The notes beneath the pieces were generated by a model. That model saw nothing but the letters and a program-made list of their open reading frames with translations. It was not told the DNA's origin and did no database searches. DNA of 24,184 nt from a virus (taxonomy: Duplodnaviria; Caudoviricetes): positions 1 through 24,184 of the IMG/VR virus record IMGVR_UViG_3300030108_001765; one strand, given 5' to 3'. Within the stretch, counting starts at the first letter, position 1. The number at the start of each line of letters is the position of its first letter. The position numbers were made by a program, and so were the translations under genes. Positions 1 to 8,117 of the stretch are shown one piece after another.

Positions 1-1162
1 GTAAACCTGCGAGGGTTTCTGCTGCATGAGCAACGAGTCTTTGGAAGCCATTAGTTTCAATCATTATCTTGGTAGGTTTATACTTATCGGATAAAGAAAC
101 AATATTCTCTACTTGTTTTCTTAACCAACCTTCACCTTCTGCAATTACTTTACCTGTCCATTGATAAACTACTTGACGATCATTAGTGTCTCTGTTCCAA
201 GCTAATACACAGTAAGATGTTTCGTCATTTCTCTGATCTATACCGACAGCCAGATCAACTCCCATCACGATTTCCCAACCTTCTGGAACTACTCCCATTC
301 CTAAGTTGTCATCTAAACAAGGTTCTATAACTTCCCAAGTGATTAAAGCACTCTCAGGATCAATAGGATTTAACAAATACTCTGACTCAAAAGCTCTCGA
401 ACCCATCGTATGCTTTTCTTTCTCTAATCTTTCTAAAGTCCAATATTCTTTCCATCGAGGAGTTCCATCTTTCAAAAGTGCTGGATGTCTCAATGAACCC
501 CATTCCTTTGATTTAGTTACCCAATCTGCAGCATCATTAATTCTTTTTTGAGTTCCTATCAATACTACTTTGCCTTCGGGTAATCTCATTGGCATAACTA
601 CTCTTCTTATGTAATGTATGCTTTTCTCATCTGATAGTCTGGGAAACTCTGCAATAACGTCATCTAAAATTATTAAATGAACGTGAGGACCTTCTAAAGC
701 TTTACCAACTGAAGCTGCTTGGATTCTTGAACCATTTTTAAAATACTTAGCTCCTCTTCTCCAACCTCCACGATCTGTTCTTTCTTTAATCATAGGACTT
801 AACCAAAAGGTTCTTCTCGTAATTTCCTCAAATTGTTCTAACTTATCGAGAGCCTGATCAATAGTAGCCGACAAATACAAAGCTCTAAAATTAGGATTAT
901 TGGCCATCATATAAGCACAATAAGTTAAAATAAATGTAGTTTTCAAGTGACCTCTTGCACATAAGATTCCACTAAAAGTATTCTGATCAATACAATCAAA
1001 CCATTCTTCATGCATAGGAGATAAAGGAACAAACTTAGAAGGTTCTAATCTCATAAAGTCCTCTAACACTTCATTAGCAAAATCTAAGTATGGTAACTTC
1101 TCTTGTTGTATATGATCTAATAAGGATCCATTAAATAGATCTATAAGTTCTGCCTCATCCAT
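1..1162 (-). CDS. terL: Terminase large subunit (3' end runs off the window)
   Basis: Not in the ORF track; translated by hand from ATG at 1162 (MDEAELIDLFNGSLL...). Walker A-like ARGHLKTT, Walker B LIILDD, coupling motif VLIGT, RNase H-like nuclease start MGVDLA and IMIETNGFQ. No stop before position 1. Confidence 0.95.
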   Translation of the reverse strand, partial: MDEAELIDLFNGSLLDHIQQEKLPYLDFANEVLEDFMRLEPSKFVPLSPMHEEWFDCIDQNTFSGILCARGHLKTTFILTYCAYMMANNPNFRALYLSATIDQALDKLEQFEEITRRTFWLSPMIKERTDRGGWRRGAKYFKNGSRIQAASVGKALEGPHVHLIILDDVIAEFPRLSDEKSIHYIRRVVMPMRLPEGKVVLIGTQKRINDAADWVTKSKEWGSLRHPALLKDGTPRWKEYWTLERLEKEKHTMGSRAFESEYLLNPIDPESALITWEVIEPCLDDNLGMGVVPEGWEIVMGVDLAVGIDQRNDETSYCVLAWNRDTNDRQVVYQWTGKVIAEGEGWLRKQVENIVSLSDKYKPTKIMIETNGFQRLVAHAAETLAGL

Positions 1163-1322
1163 TTATTTTCTTCTTCCCGTAATCTGAAATCCTTGCAGAT
1201 ACTCCTTTTACTAATCGATCATGAACAAATTCATATTCTTCTAACTTATCCATAAGATCTATTATATTATCTGTTTCAAATAGAACCTCTCCTGTCTTAT
1301 CGTCTCTAATTCTAAAACTCAT
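1155..1322 (-). CDS. Small hypothetical protein (55 aa)
   Basis: Hand-translated MSFRIRDDKTGEVLFETDN...GKKKING*. ATGA overlap with the terS stop; overlaps the terL start. Confidence 0.65.
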   Translation of the reverse strand: MSFRIRDDKTGEVLFETDNIIDLMDKLEEYEFVHDRLVKGVSARISDYGKKKING

Positions 1323-1816
1323 ATTTCTTTAGTTTCCTCTATCCAATTTCTTATTATAGTATTTATTTGTTTTTGAGTCAATCCAGACTGTTTAAGGATT
1401 CTTGGAAGTTTCTCTGATACAAGTTTAACTATTACTCCTTTAGCATCAACAGCATCCTGTAACCTTTCTGCTTCTCTTATGATCCTAATATATTCGTCAG
1501 GTTTAATGTCTAAGACTTTGTCTTCCTTAAACATACTTAGCTTTTTAATAAATTGTAATTCTAAATTATCTAAGACTTTTAACCTTCTACTAAGCGTATA
1601 TGTAGCTTTCTGTTCAGTTCCGTTTACTACTTCCTCACGAATTCGATCTTTACTCTCTTCCCATTTATTGGATAGTTTCCATTTAGAAAGGGTTCCTTTG
1701 GAAACATTTACATCAAATTCTTCCTTTAAAGATTTTATAATGAACGCATAGCTTTCTCCGTTAAGGTAATAATAACGAGCTTTCTCTTTTACTGATTCAT
1801 TATATTTTATTGGCAT
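1319..1816 (-). CDS. terS: Probable terminase small subunit (N-terminal HTH)
   Basis: HTH-like N-terminus (KEKARYYYLNGES...VSKGTLSKWK...W), helical C-terminus, position just upstream of terL. Confidence 0.7.
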   Translation of the reverse strand: MPIKYNESVKEKARYYYLNGESYAFIIKSLKEEFDVNVSKGTLSKWKLSNKWEESKDRIREEVVNGTEQKATYTLSRRLKVLDNLELQFIKKLSMFKEDKVLDIKPDEYIRIIREAERLQDAVDAKGVIVKLVSEKLPRILKQSGLTQKQINTIIRNWIEETKEI

Positions 1817-2188
1817 CTATAACAACAACTTAGGTGTAAATTCCTGATCTGCTTCAATGACTCTTACTTCTAAAGGATAGAGACTTTTCTTTCTTTCTAT
1901 AGACTCTTTCTCTTCAGAACTAACTACTTCATATACAATACCTTCATCAGCATCAATAACATCAGCTCTCAATCCTGAATCATCAAATATAGCTTCTGTG
2001 TAAAACTCATGATCCCATTCTTTTAACGTCTTACAGATCTGAAACTTCATAGTAATATGTTCATCTGTTTCATTCTTTCCCCAACGTAAAGCATTTCTAT
2101 TTCTATTAGAGATCCTTAACAATCTACTAATATTATTACGTTGATACTGTTTGTTAAAATTGTTTTTATTGCTCAAAGGACTCTCCAC
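1817..2188 (-). CDS. Putative PD-(D/E)XK-fold nuclease
   Basis: Pattern H..K...TEA...RADVID....YEVVSSE resembles a restriction-endonuclease-like catalytic core. Confidence 0.5.
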   Translation of the reverse strand: MESPLSNKNNFNKQYQRNNISRLLRISNRNRNALRWGKNETDEHITMKFQICKTLKEWDHEFYTEAIFDDSGLRADVIDADEGIVYEVVSSEEKESIERKKSLYPLEVRVIEADQEFTPKLLL

Positions 2189-2696
2189 ACGAAGGACAAG
2201 TTATCATATTTGGTTTAGGATCTTCAGCAGTCTTGTTTGGTCCTATATCCATTTCTTCCCAATCAAATTCTAATAACTTTTCAAAGTTCTTCATTTCTTC
2301 TGTTGTGTCAGGCATAAACGTTTGTAATGTCTCAATGTCATATTCCTTTAGAACTTCATTAGCAAACAGATCTGCATAAGCTAAAAGATCATCATCAAAC
2401 CATTTATGATTACGTCTTCTTGCTATAGTAATTGCTTTTGCTTTACTAATAGATCCAAAGTTCTCACATGGAACCTTTTTCCACTTTAATAATTTAAGAG
2501 CCTCTAAACGATGATTACCATCTATAACTTCAAACTTATCATCAAGTTCTCTAACAGCTACAACCCCAGCGGATTGATCTTCTATAATGGATTTACTTAG
2601 TTTAGTGATCTCTTCAGAGGTTCCATCACTTTTGTAATTCCAGTCAGCAGGGACTAAGTCCTCAATGTTCATTTCTACTAATTGTGTTTTATTCAT
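2166..2696 (-). CDS. ParB/Srx N-terminal domain protein with C-terminal CxxC
   Basis: IEDLVPADWNY, FEVIDGNHRLEALKLL (ParB DGxHR motif), C-terminal CPSCG. Confidence 0.88.
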   Translation of the reverse strand: MNKTQLVEMNIEDLVPADWNYKSDGTSEEITKLSKSIIEDQSAGVVAVRELDDKFEVIDGNHRLEALKLLKWKKVPCENFGSISKAKAITIARRRNHKWFDDDLLAYADLFANEVLKEYDIETLQTFMPDTTEEMKNFEKLLEFDWEEMDIGPNKTAEDPKPNMITCPSCGESFEQ

Positions 2697-2702
2697 ATTT
2701 CC

Positions 2703-3599
2703 TCAATTTTGATTTCCAGCGTAACGGCTATATTGTTCTTTTAATGTCATTACAGATATAGCATAATTACCATAATAAGTCATATTCTGTGACTCTTTTC
2801 CTGTTGGAACTATTTGATCCTGTAAAAATATCTTTTCTATTTCAGGAACTAACAGATCGGCATGTTTCTTCATATTTCTTACTTGTACTTTTTTAAATCC
2901 ATCATTAGACAATACTGTTCCAACTCCATATCTGTTTACAGCATTCCATGAAGTAGAATCTGAACTATCACAGAATTTAGTTACTTTCATTATATCTTTT
3001 TGTGTACATCCTAACAGATGGATCTTAATATCAGGATTAACTTTTTTTATGATCTGACAAAGGCCTAAAGTTCTCATAGGTAGGTTATCCCAGCCTAATG
3101 ATCTAAACTCAGGAATACTTAACGCTATGTATTTTGACCAAGCCGCCATTTCTTTTAATCCATTAATACCATCATCTATATGCCAAACATTCATTTGTTG
3201 ATTAGGTAAAGCTTCTCTAAGTTCTTTTCTTAACTTCCAAGCATGATCAACTCCTAAGATCTTCTGACAGTCTACTTCTACAACTGTTCCTTTATATCCT
3301 GTTTCTAAAACAAAACGAATTATAGCTTTCTGCCAAGCTTCTACAAATTTAGCATCACGAGGTCCAGCGTGTGCTCCAAACATTAATGTAAATAAACCTG
3401 AATCCATTATAACGTGCTTGTAATGTTTATCTAAGTAATTGGCAACCTTAGGAATTGTCATCTTAAATTTGACTGCTTTTATGTCAAATTGATCTGCAAT
3501 AAAAGGAAAAACTGAAAAAAGACCATACTGAACTCCACATACCTTATTCAATACACAGGCAGAGTCCATTTGTTCTAATCCAGCAAAATGAACTTTCAC
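2703..3599 (-). CDS. dpdA: DpdA/TGT-like DNA-guanine transglycosylase
   Basis: TGT-family motifs IMDSGLFT, IHLLG and DSSDSTSW; directly downstream of 7-deazaguanine precursor genes. Confidence 0.78.
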   Translation of the reverse strand: MKVHFAGLEQMDSACVLNKVCGVQYGLFSVFPFIADQFDIKAVKFKMTIPKVANYLDKHYKHVIMDSGLFTLMFGAHAGPRDAKFVEAWQKAIIRFVLETGYKGTVVEVDCQKILGVDHAWKLRKELREALPNQQMNVWHIDDGINGLKEMAAWSKYIALSIPEFRSLGWDNLPMRTLGLCQIIKKVNPDIKIHLLGCTQKDIMKVTKFCDSSDSTSWNAVNRYGVGTVLSNDGFKKVQVRNMKKHADLLVPEIEKIFLQDQIVPTGKESQNMTYYGNYAISVMTLKEQYSRYAGNQN

Positions 3600-3946
3600 T
3601 TCTCAACCCTTCCTCCGCCTTTACCATCTTCCAAAACCTCTACCCATTCGCAGTCAAATTCTTCTAAAAGTATTTCTGCTATCATCTCACAGCTACGGTT
3701 ATTAAATTGTGCGGGAGACCCAAATGTGGTTTGGATCCAATTCTTAACCTTGTCTGTGTAGATAAAGATCTCTTTTTCTCTGTTAGCATGATCTACAGTC
3801 CATGCCATTCTGATCTGAAATAAATGTCTGTGATCATATTGTAAAAACTCTACAGGCTCAGGAGCCATAGGGTAATGATGAAATCCTTCTACTTCAAAGT
3901 CAGCTATCATAAATTGTTTAACTGGAACTTTTTTGTAGATCTCCAT
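3596..3946 (-). CDS. dpdL: QueD-paralogous T-fold protein, DpdL-like (predicted CDG decarboxylase)
   Basis: EGFHHY, LQYDHRHLF (LxxxHRHxF) and SCEMIA...EDG. It is a second QueD-like gene next to a canonical queD. The DpdL signature is recalled from memory, not checked. Confidence 0.65.
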   Translation of the reverse strand: MEIYKKVPVKQFMIADFEVEGFHHYPMAPEPVEFLQYDHRHLFQIRMAWTVDHANREKEIFIYTDKVKNWIQTTFGSPAQFNNRSCEMIAEILLEEFDCEWVEVLEDGKGGGRVEK

Positions 3947-4494
3947 TACTCCTCCGTAAACTCTAAGAATTCATCTCTTGCTTTATGATCGTCTTTCATG
4001 AATCCCATTAATGAACTTGTAACCATGTTTCCTTCCTTTTTAATTCCTCTCATTTCCTGACATAGATGTCTTCCTCTACATACAACTCCAAGACCTCTTG
4101 GTTTTAATTCATTCCATAAAAACTTAGCAATATCTTCTGTCATGTATTCTTGAGTATTTAGTCTTCTTGAAAACTTATCTAACGTTCTTGCTAATTTAGA
4201 GATCCCTACTATTTTACCATCTGGAATGTAACCTATAGAACAAGTTCCAAAGAACGGGATCATATGATGCTCACAGAATGAATAAAATTTTAAACCTTTT
4301 GATATTATCATCTGATCGTAATCTTTATTCTTAAAAGTAGTGCAAGTAAATTCATCTGGGTTCAAAAACTCGTTCCATAACTTAGCTACTCTTTTTGGTG
4401 TGTCTTTCAATCCGTCTCTTTCAGGATCTTCTCCTATTGAAAGTAACAAATCATATACTGCTTCTTCTGTTAGTTCTCTATTGTTTCTTGACAT
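3946..4494 (-). CDS. folE: GTP cyclohydrolase I (type IA)
   Basis: GEDPERDGLKDTPKRVAK, SFCEHHMIPFFG, GISKLAR, HLCQEMRG. Confidence 0.97.
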   Translation of the reverse strand: MSRNNRELTEEAVYDLLLSIGEDPERDGLKDTPKRVAKLWNEFLNPDEFTCTTFKNKDYDQMIISKGLKFYSFCEHHMIPFFGTCSIGYIPDGKIVGISKLARTLDKFSRRLNTQEYMTEDIAKFLWNELKPRGLGVVCRGRHLCQEMRGIKKEGNMVTSSLMGFMKDDHKARDEFLEFTEE

Positions 4495-4496
4495 AT

Positions 4497-5444
4497 TTAT
4501 GTTCCTATTGCGTTACCAAATAAATAACAATGTAATCTACCTGAGACATTGTAACCTCTCTCGTATGCCATCTTAGCTATTTTACCAGCTGAAGCTTCTT
4601 GTTCTTCTACTGTAGCTCCTACAGGCATAATGTAAACAGGCCAATCAATTCCTTCATCTCTATATAATTGAAGAACCTCTTCCATCTCATTCCATTGTTC
4701 TCTTTTTGATCCTAAAACAAACTTCAATTGTCCTGATGGTGATCCTATTGAAGTTCTTCTGTTAACTATGTTTCCTAAATTGTAATAATCTTTTACTACT
4801 TTTGGTTTTATAGCTCGTTCTCTTTTCTCTCCTGCAACTGTCCATAGTTTAGGAGATACAGAAAAAAATACAGGAATGTTCCATTTATTCCTGTCGAGTA
4901 AATAATCTGTAAATTCTGTAGACAATTTCTGAGTCCCATTAGTCTCCCATGTAATACATTTAGGTGTAATTAAATAATCCCATTCTTCGTTCATTTCTAT
5001 TACACATTTCTGAGCAGATCTCATTAATGGTTCACCTCCTGTAATACAAAGGTGTGCTGTTTGTTTTGATCTGGGGTGATAGAAACCTCCTATAGGATTA
5101 GTATCAGTAATAGCTACTTCATTTATTTTTTTAACTATTTCTTTAGCTGTAGCTTGTTTCATTAAATGTTTAAACTTAGATGACCAAGTGTAAGAACTAT
5201 CACAACCTTTCTCCCACACAGGCAGATCTTCTACCTTCTCTATTCCTTCCAGATCATAATCCTTGTATGGCAATTCATAAGACTCAGGATCGGAAGGATC
5301 TAATTGTCCAAAACCATTACATTGTAAATTACAACCAAAGAATCTTATCCACAAAGTATGTGATCCTGTATAGTAACCTTCTCCTTGTATAGAATTGAAA
5401 ATCTCAGAATAAGTATATTTTCTTGGTAAATGAGGATCGCTCAT
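4497..5444 (-). CDS. queE: 7-carboxy-7-deazaguanine synthase (radical SAM)
   Basis: SEIFNSIQGEG, IRFFGCNLQC...CDS, ITGGEP, ETNGT, SVSPK, RLH; CX3CX38C cluster motif. Confidence 0.93.
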   Translation of the reverse strand: MSDPHLPRKYTYSEIFNSIQGEGYYTGSHTLWIRFFGCNLQCNGFGQLDPSDPESYELPYKDYDLEGIEKVEDLPVWEKGCDSSYTWSSKFKHLMKQATAKEIVKKINEVAITDTNPIGGFYHPRSKQTAHLCITGGEPLMRSAQKCVIEMNEEWDYLITPKCITWETNGTQKLSTEFTDYLLDRNKWNIPVFFSVSPKLWTVAGEKRERAIKPKVVKDYYNLGNIVNRRTSIGSPSGQLKFVLGSKREQWNEMEEVLQLYRDEGIDWPVYIMPVGATVEEQEASAGKIAKMAYERGYNVSGRLHCYLFGNAIGT

Positions 5445-5884
5445 AATCTTCTTCCAAAAGTGGCACTATTGGATCCATGTTCAAAACATTCCACAGATAC
5501 TAATCTAACTCTTCCTGTAGTTTCATGATCTATTTTATTACACCAATATGAAAAAACAAATTCAGCAAAAGCTTCACAACCTACATTTCTTAGGATCCTA
5601 ACATTAGCTATATCTGTAAGATCCTTGAGTCTTTCAATTTCAGGATCATCTGAAGCTACCATCATTACATGATCGAAATGCTTTTCTAAAAATGCTTTGA
5701 TAGGTTTCATTCCTCCAAAGTCATATACCCAATTTCTGTCGTCAAGAGTTTGGGCCTCGAATGTGAATCTAAATCCTAAACTATAACCATGAATTAGTTT
5801 ACAATGAGAGTCAGCTCTCCATTGTCTAAATGCACATGAGAGACCCTTTTCGTTCCCATAGGTCTTCGTCACTCTATAAGTCAT
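5441..5884 (-). CDS. queD: 6-carboxy-5,6,7,8-tetrahydropterin synthase
   Basis: HCKLIHGY, DFGG, FDH, GCEAFAE, FEHGSNSA. Confidence 0.93.
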   Translation of the reverse strand: MTYRVTKTYGNEKGLSCAFRQWRADSHCKLIHGYSLGFRFTFEAQTLDDRNWVYDFGGMKPIKAFLEKHFDHVMMVASDDPEIERLKDLTDIANVRILRNVGCEAFAEFVFSYWCNKIDHETTGRVRLVSVECFEHGSNSATFGRRL

Positions 5885-6024
5885 TCAATCTTCTCTACCT
5901 TTTCTCTTATTGTTTCTCTTAACAGATCTGAAACAGGCCATCTTTGTTTCTTAGCATGATCCTTAAACTTTTTCCAAATTTCTGAGTATTCGTCTGTAAT
6001 TGTAAGCAAATATGTCTGTGACAT
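5881..6024 (-). CDS. Ribbon-helix-helix transcription regulator (47 aa)
   Basis: Hand-translated MSQTYLLTITDEYSEIWKKFKDHAKKQRWPVSDLLRETIREKVEKIE*. Beta-strand plus two helices with SDLLRETI; ATGA overlap with queD. Confidence 0.75.
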   Translation of the reverse strand: MSQTYLLTITDEYSEIWKKFKDHAKKQRWPVSDLLRETIREKVEKIE

Positions 6025-6042
6025 AATATACGATTGTATAGG

Positions 6043-6059
6043 TATATATAATAATATAT
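6043..6059 (-). promoter_or_regulatory. Archaeal-type TATA promoter for the modification/packaging operon (leaderless)
   Basis: TTATATAT at 6051-6044 in an AT block, about 19 nt before ATG 6024; no SD. Confidence 0.55.
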
Positions 6060-6064
6060 CTCAA

Positions 6065-6901
6065 TTAATACCCATCATAACAATCACAAGGCATAGGATC
6101 ATTTTCTTCTGGAACTTCACACGAGTCCATGTAGTCAAAAATATTAGTCTGAGTCTCTATTTCTCTTTTTAACCAATCTAACCTGTTAGGTTTAGCTCTT
6201 ACAAATAAAGGAAATTCTGGAAACTTTTTACTGTTAATTTCTAATTCTAAAGATTTGTTAAAAAGTTCGGGAGACTTATGATAAAGATCTATCCAACTTT
6301 TTTTGCTTTGAAATGGACAAAAATAACATCCTGACTTCTTAGGGTTAGGCCATCCATATTCTTCAATAATTCTACGGCATCCTTCTCGATCTATCTCCCA
6401 GTCAATTAAAGGGTATTTTTTATTTGGATATAGGTAGATCATCTCTCCCGTTTCAGGATCCTCTACTTGTTTAGCTCTATGACTCTCTCCTGAATCTATT
6501 CCTATCAATTCTAAAGAGTCAGGGTATTTTTCTTTGACTAATCTTGTAATTGGTATAATCTTAAAATTATCTGTGCAAGATCGTTTCCATACTGAAGGAA
6601 CTGACCGAGTATAAGTGTACCAATCATATATAGTTACTTTTTGACCTTCTTCCCAATCTCCTTTCTGAACTGCACCTACTCGAGGTCCAGCTTTGTAAAA
6701 AACTATTTCAAAAGGAATATTATGATCTTCACAAAAAGGTTTGACGTATTGATCTATAAACTCATATGTGTAAGGTTGTTCTGATCCTGTGTCAGCAAAT
6801 ATAACAGCATCCAATTGTTTACCTCTATTGATCCATTCTAACAATAATGCAGTAGAGTTTGTCCCTCCTCCATAACTCAGTATAGTTGTTTTAGTCTTCA
6901 T
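6065..6901 (-). CDS. PAPS-reductase-like PP-loop (adenine nucleotide alpha-hydrolase) protein with Cys clusters
   Basis: SYGGGTNSTAL, FADTGSE, CTDNFKIIPI, YPLIDW, KSGCYFCPF, terminal CDC. Confidence 0.8.
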   Translation of the reverse strand: MKTKTTILSYGGGTNSTALLLEWINRGKQLDAVIFADTGSEQPYTYEFIDQYVKPFCEDHNIPFEIVFYKAGPRVGAVQKGDWEEGQKVTIYDWYTYTRSVPSVWKRSCTDNFKIIPITRLVKEKYPDSLELIGIDSGESHRAKQVEDPETGEMIYLYPNKKYPLIDWEIDREGCRRIIEEYGWPNPKKSGCYFCPFQSKKSWIDLYHKSPELFNKSLELEINSKKFPEFPLFVRAKPNRLDWLKREIETQTNIFDYMDSCEVPEENDPMPCDCYDGY

Positions 6902-6986
6902 TTTCTATAAAATAAATAACTTCGTCTATTTCTTTACTTATCAATCCTAACAATTCTAATAAGTGTTCTTGAATAGCTGGTTTCAT
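6891..6986 (-). CDS. Possible microprotein (31 aa)
   Basis: MKPAIQEHLLELLGLISKEIDEVIYFIENED*; fills the gap with overlapping start/stop junctions. Confidence 0.35.
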   Translation of the reverse strand: MKPAIQEHLLELLGLISKEIDEVIYFIENED

Positions 6987-7052
6987 TCTTTAGTCATCCC
7001 CCTTTGTTCTGCCATTAATTCTAACAGTTTCTTTTTTTTCTTTTTCTTACAT

Positions 7053-7427
7053 TCAGTCTCTGTGTTCATTTTTCAACTCCCTAAACTTTTCGATCACAGA
7101 CTTAACTGCTTGTTTTTCTTCTATTTGAACAACTGCCATACGATCTTCTAAAAGTCTAAGTTCTGTCTCTAAAGACTCACACTCAGTTCTTTCCTTCTGG
7201 ATCCTATACTTACTTAATTGGATCCTTGATCTTACGTCATCTGCTTCTGTAGTTAATGAAAGAAGATCTCTATCCTCATCCATTACTTTTACTATTAAAA
7301 ACTCTATCATGTCTGACATTGACTTGTGATTGTGTTTACACCACAATTTAAATGTTTTCCATAGGGTAGGTTCTACTGACACTGTCCTGATAATTCGGTT
7401 CTCTTGACCCTTTGTTTTTCTTCCCAT
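7053..7427 (-). CDS. RHH DNA-binding protein with coiled-coil tail
   Basis: RTVSVEPTLWKTFKLWCKHNHKSMSDMIEFLI fits RHH; heptad-rich C-terminus. Confidence 0.7.
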   Translation of the reverse strand: MGRKTKGQENRIIRTVSVEPTLWKTFKLWCKHNHKSMSDMIEFLIVKVMDEDRDLLSLTTEADDVRSRIQLSKYRIQKERTECESLETELRLLEDRMAVVQIEEKQAVKSVIEKFRELKNEHRD

Positions 7428-7450
7428 GCTTATTCCGTAATAGATTGCCC

Positions 7451-7458
7451 CTTATAAA
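7451..7458 (-). promoter_or_regulatory. TATA box (TTTATAAG), leaderless promoter
   Basis: 23 nt upstream of ATG 7427. Confidence 0.55.
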
Positions 7459-7523
7459 TTAGTTGAATTAACCTATACAACTTATTAGATTTATTATATA
7501 ATATAAATAAGAAACTATTTGTA

Positions 7524-7859
7524 TTATATAGATAATAGATCAGGGTGTGGTTTAGACCAGTCAGCGTAGATCTGAAGTCTTCTACTACAACTGTCACATA
7601 ATGCCCAAGTATCATAACATCCTGTTCTTAAATATGTTTTAGTTTCTTCGTCAAAGCTTGACCAGTCTATTGTCTTTGGACAAGGTTCGTTAAGATGAAC
7701 AAACATCCTTTTCTTAGGATTCTCAACTTTTTTACAAACAGGACATTGACATATTTGTTTTTGTGCTTCTTTATTTCCACACTTGTCACAGATCTGCCAA
7801 TATCTATCTCTAATTTTAAGATCTATTAATTTAGCTTTCAAATCTTCTTCGTGTATCAT
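7524..7859 (-). CDS. Cys-rich zinc-finger protein
   Basis: CDKC, CQCPVC, CDSC; TTAATATA box 21 nt upstream. Confidence 0.7.
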   Translation of the reverse strand: MIHEEDLKAKLIDLKIRDRYWQICDKCGNKEAQKQICQCPVCKKVENPKKRMFVHLNEPCPKTIDWSSFDEETKTYLRTGCYDTWALCDSCSRRLQIYADWSKPHPDLLSI

Positions 7860-7884
7860 ATATGAGGTTATATATCAATCTATA

Positions 7885-7986
7885 TTAACAGTCTCCATAA
7901 ACTTCACCGCATTGACTACAACAGTTTTCAAACAACTCTACGCCACACGCTGGACAAGCACATTCATCCATTTCTGTAACACTCAT
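7885..7986 (-). CDS. Zn-ribbon microprotein (33 aa)
   Basis: Hand-translated MSVTEMDECACPACGVELFENCCSQCGEVYGDC*; GGTGA SD upstream. Confidence 0.55.
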   Translation of the reverse strand: MSVTEMDECACPACGVELFENCCSQCGEVYGDC

Positions 7987-8117
7987 CGTTCACCTGTAAT
8001 GTAATCTTCAACTGAACAATTAGGACAGTTATGTATATTTGGGTTTATATGATCTGGATCTACATTTACTGTAATCTCATATAAAACAGTATCACAAGTA
8101 GCACAAGCTATTATCAT
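7983..8117 (-). CDS. Zn-ribbon microprotein (44 aa)
   Basis: MIIACATCD...HNCPNCSVEDYITGER*; ATGA overlaps at both ends. Confidence 0.6.
   Translation of the reverse strand: MIIACATCDTVLYEITVNVDPDHINPNIHNCPNCSVEDYITGER

Noticed and set aside
2166-2696. ParB as a plasmid/provirus partition system
   Set aside because: No ParA, HTH domain or parS repeats; the context is modification and terminase.
1-4020. A longer enriched motif such as AGATCT or RGATCY
   Set aside because: Flanks of the hand-counted GATC sites vary (TGATCT, TGATCA, CGATCA, GGATCC all occur); only the 4-mer core is supportable without computation.
6065-6901. Calling this gene queC or a metabolic cysH
   Set aside because: It lacks the QueC SGGxDS and C-terminal CxxCxxC arrangement, and there is no sulfate-assimilation context; kept as PAPS-reductase-like.
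6983-7069. 28-aa poly-Lys ORF and A/T tract as a phase-variation site
   Set aside because: The longest homopolymer is 8 nt in an AT-rich genome, and the ORF is too short to support.
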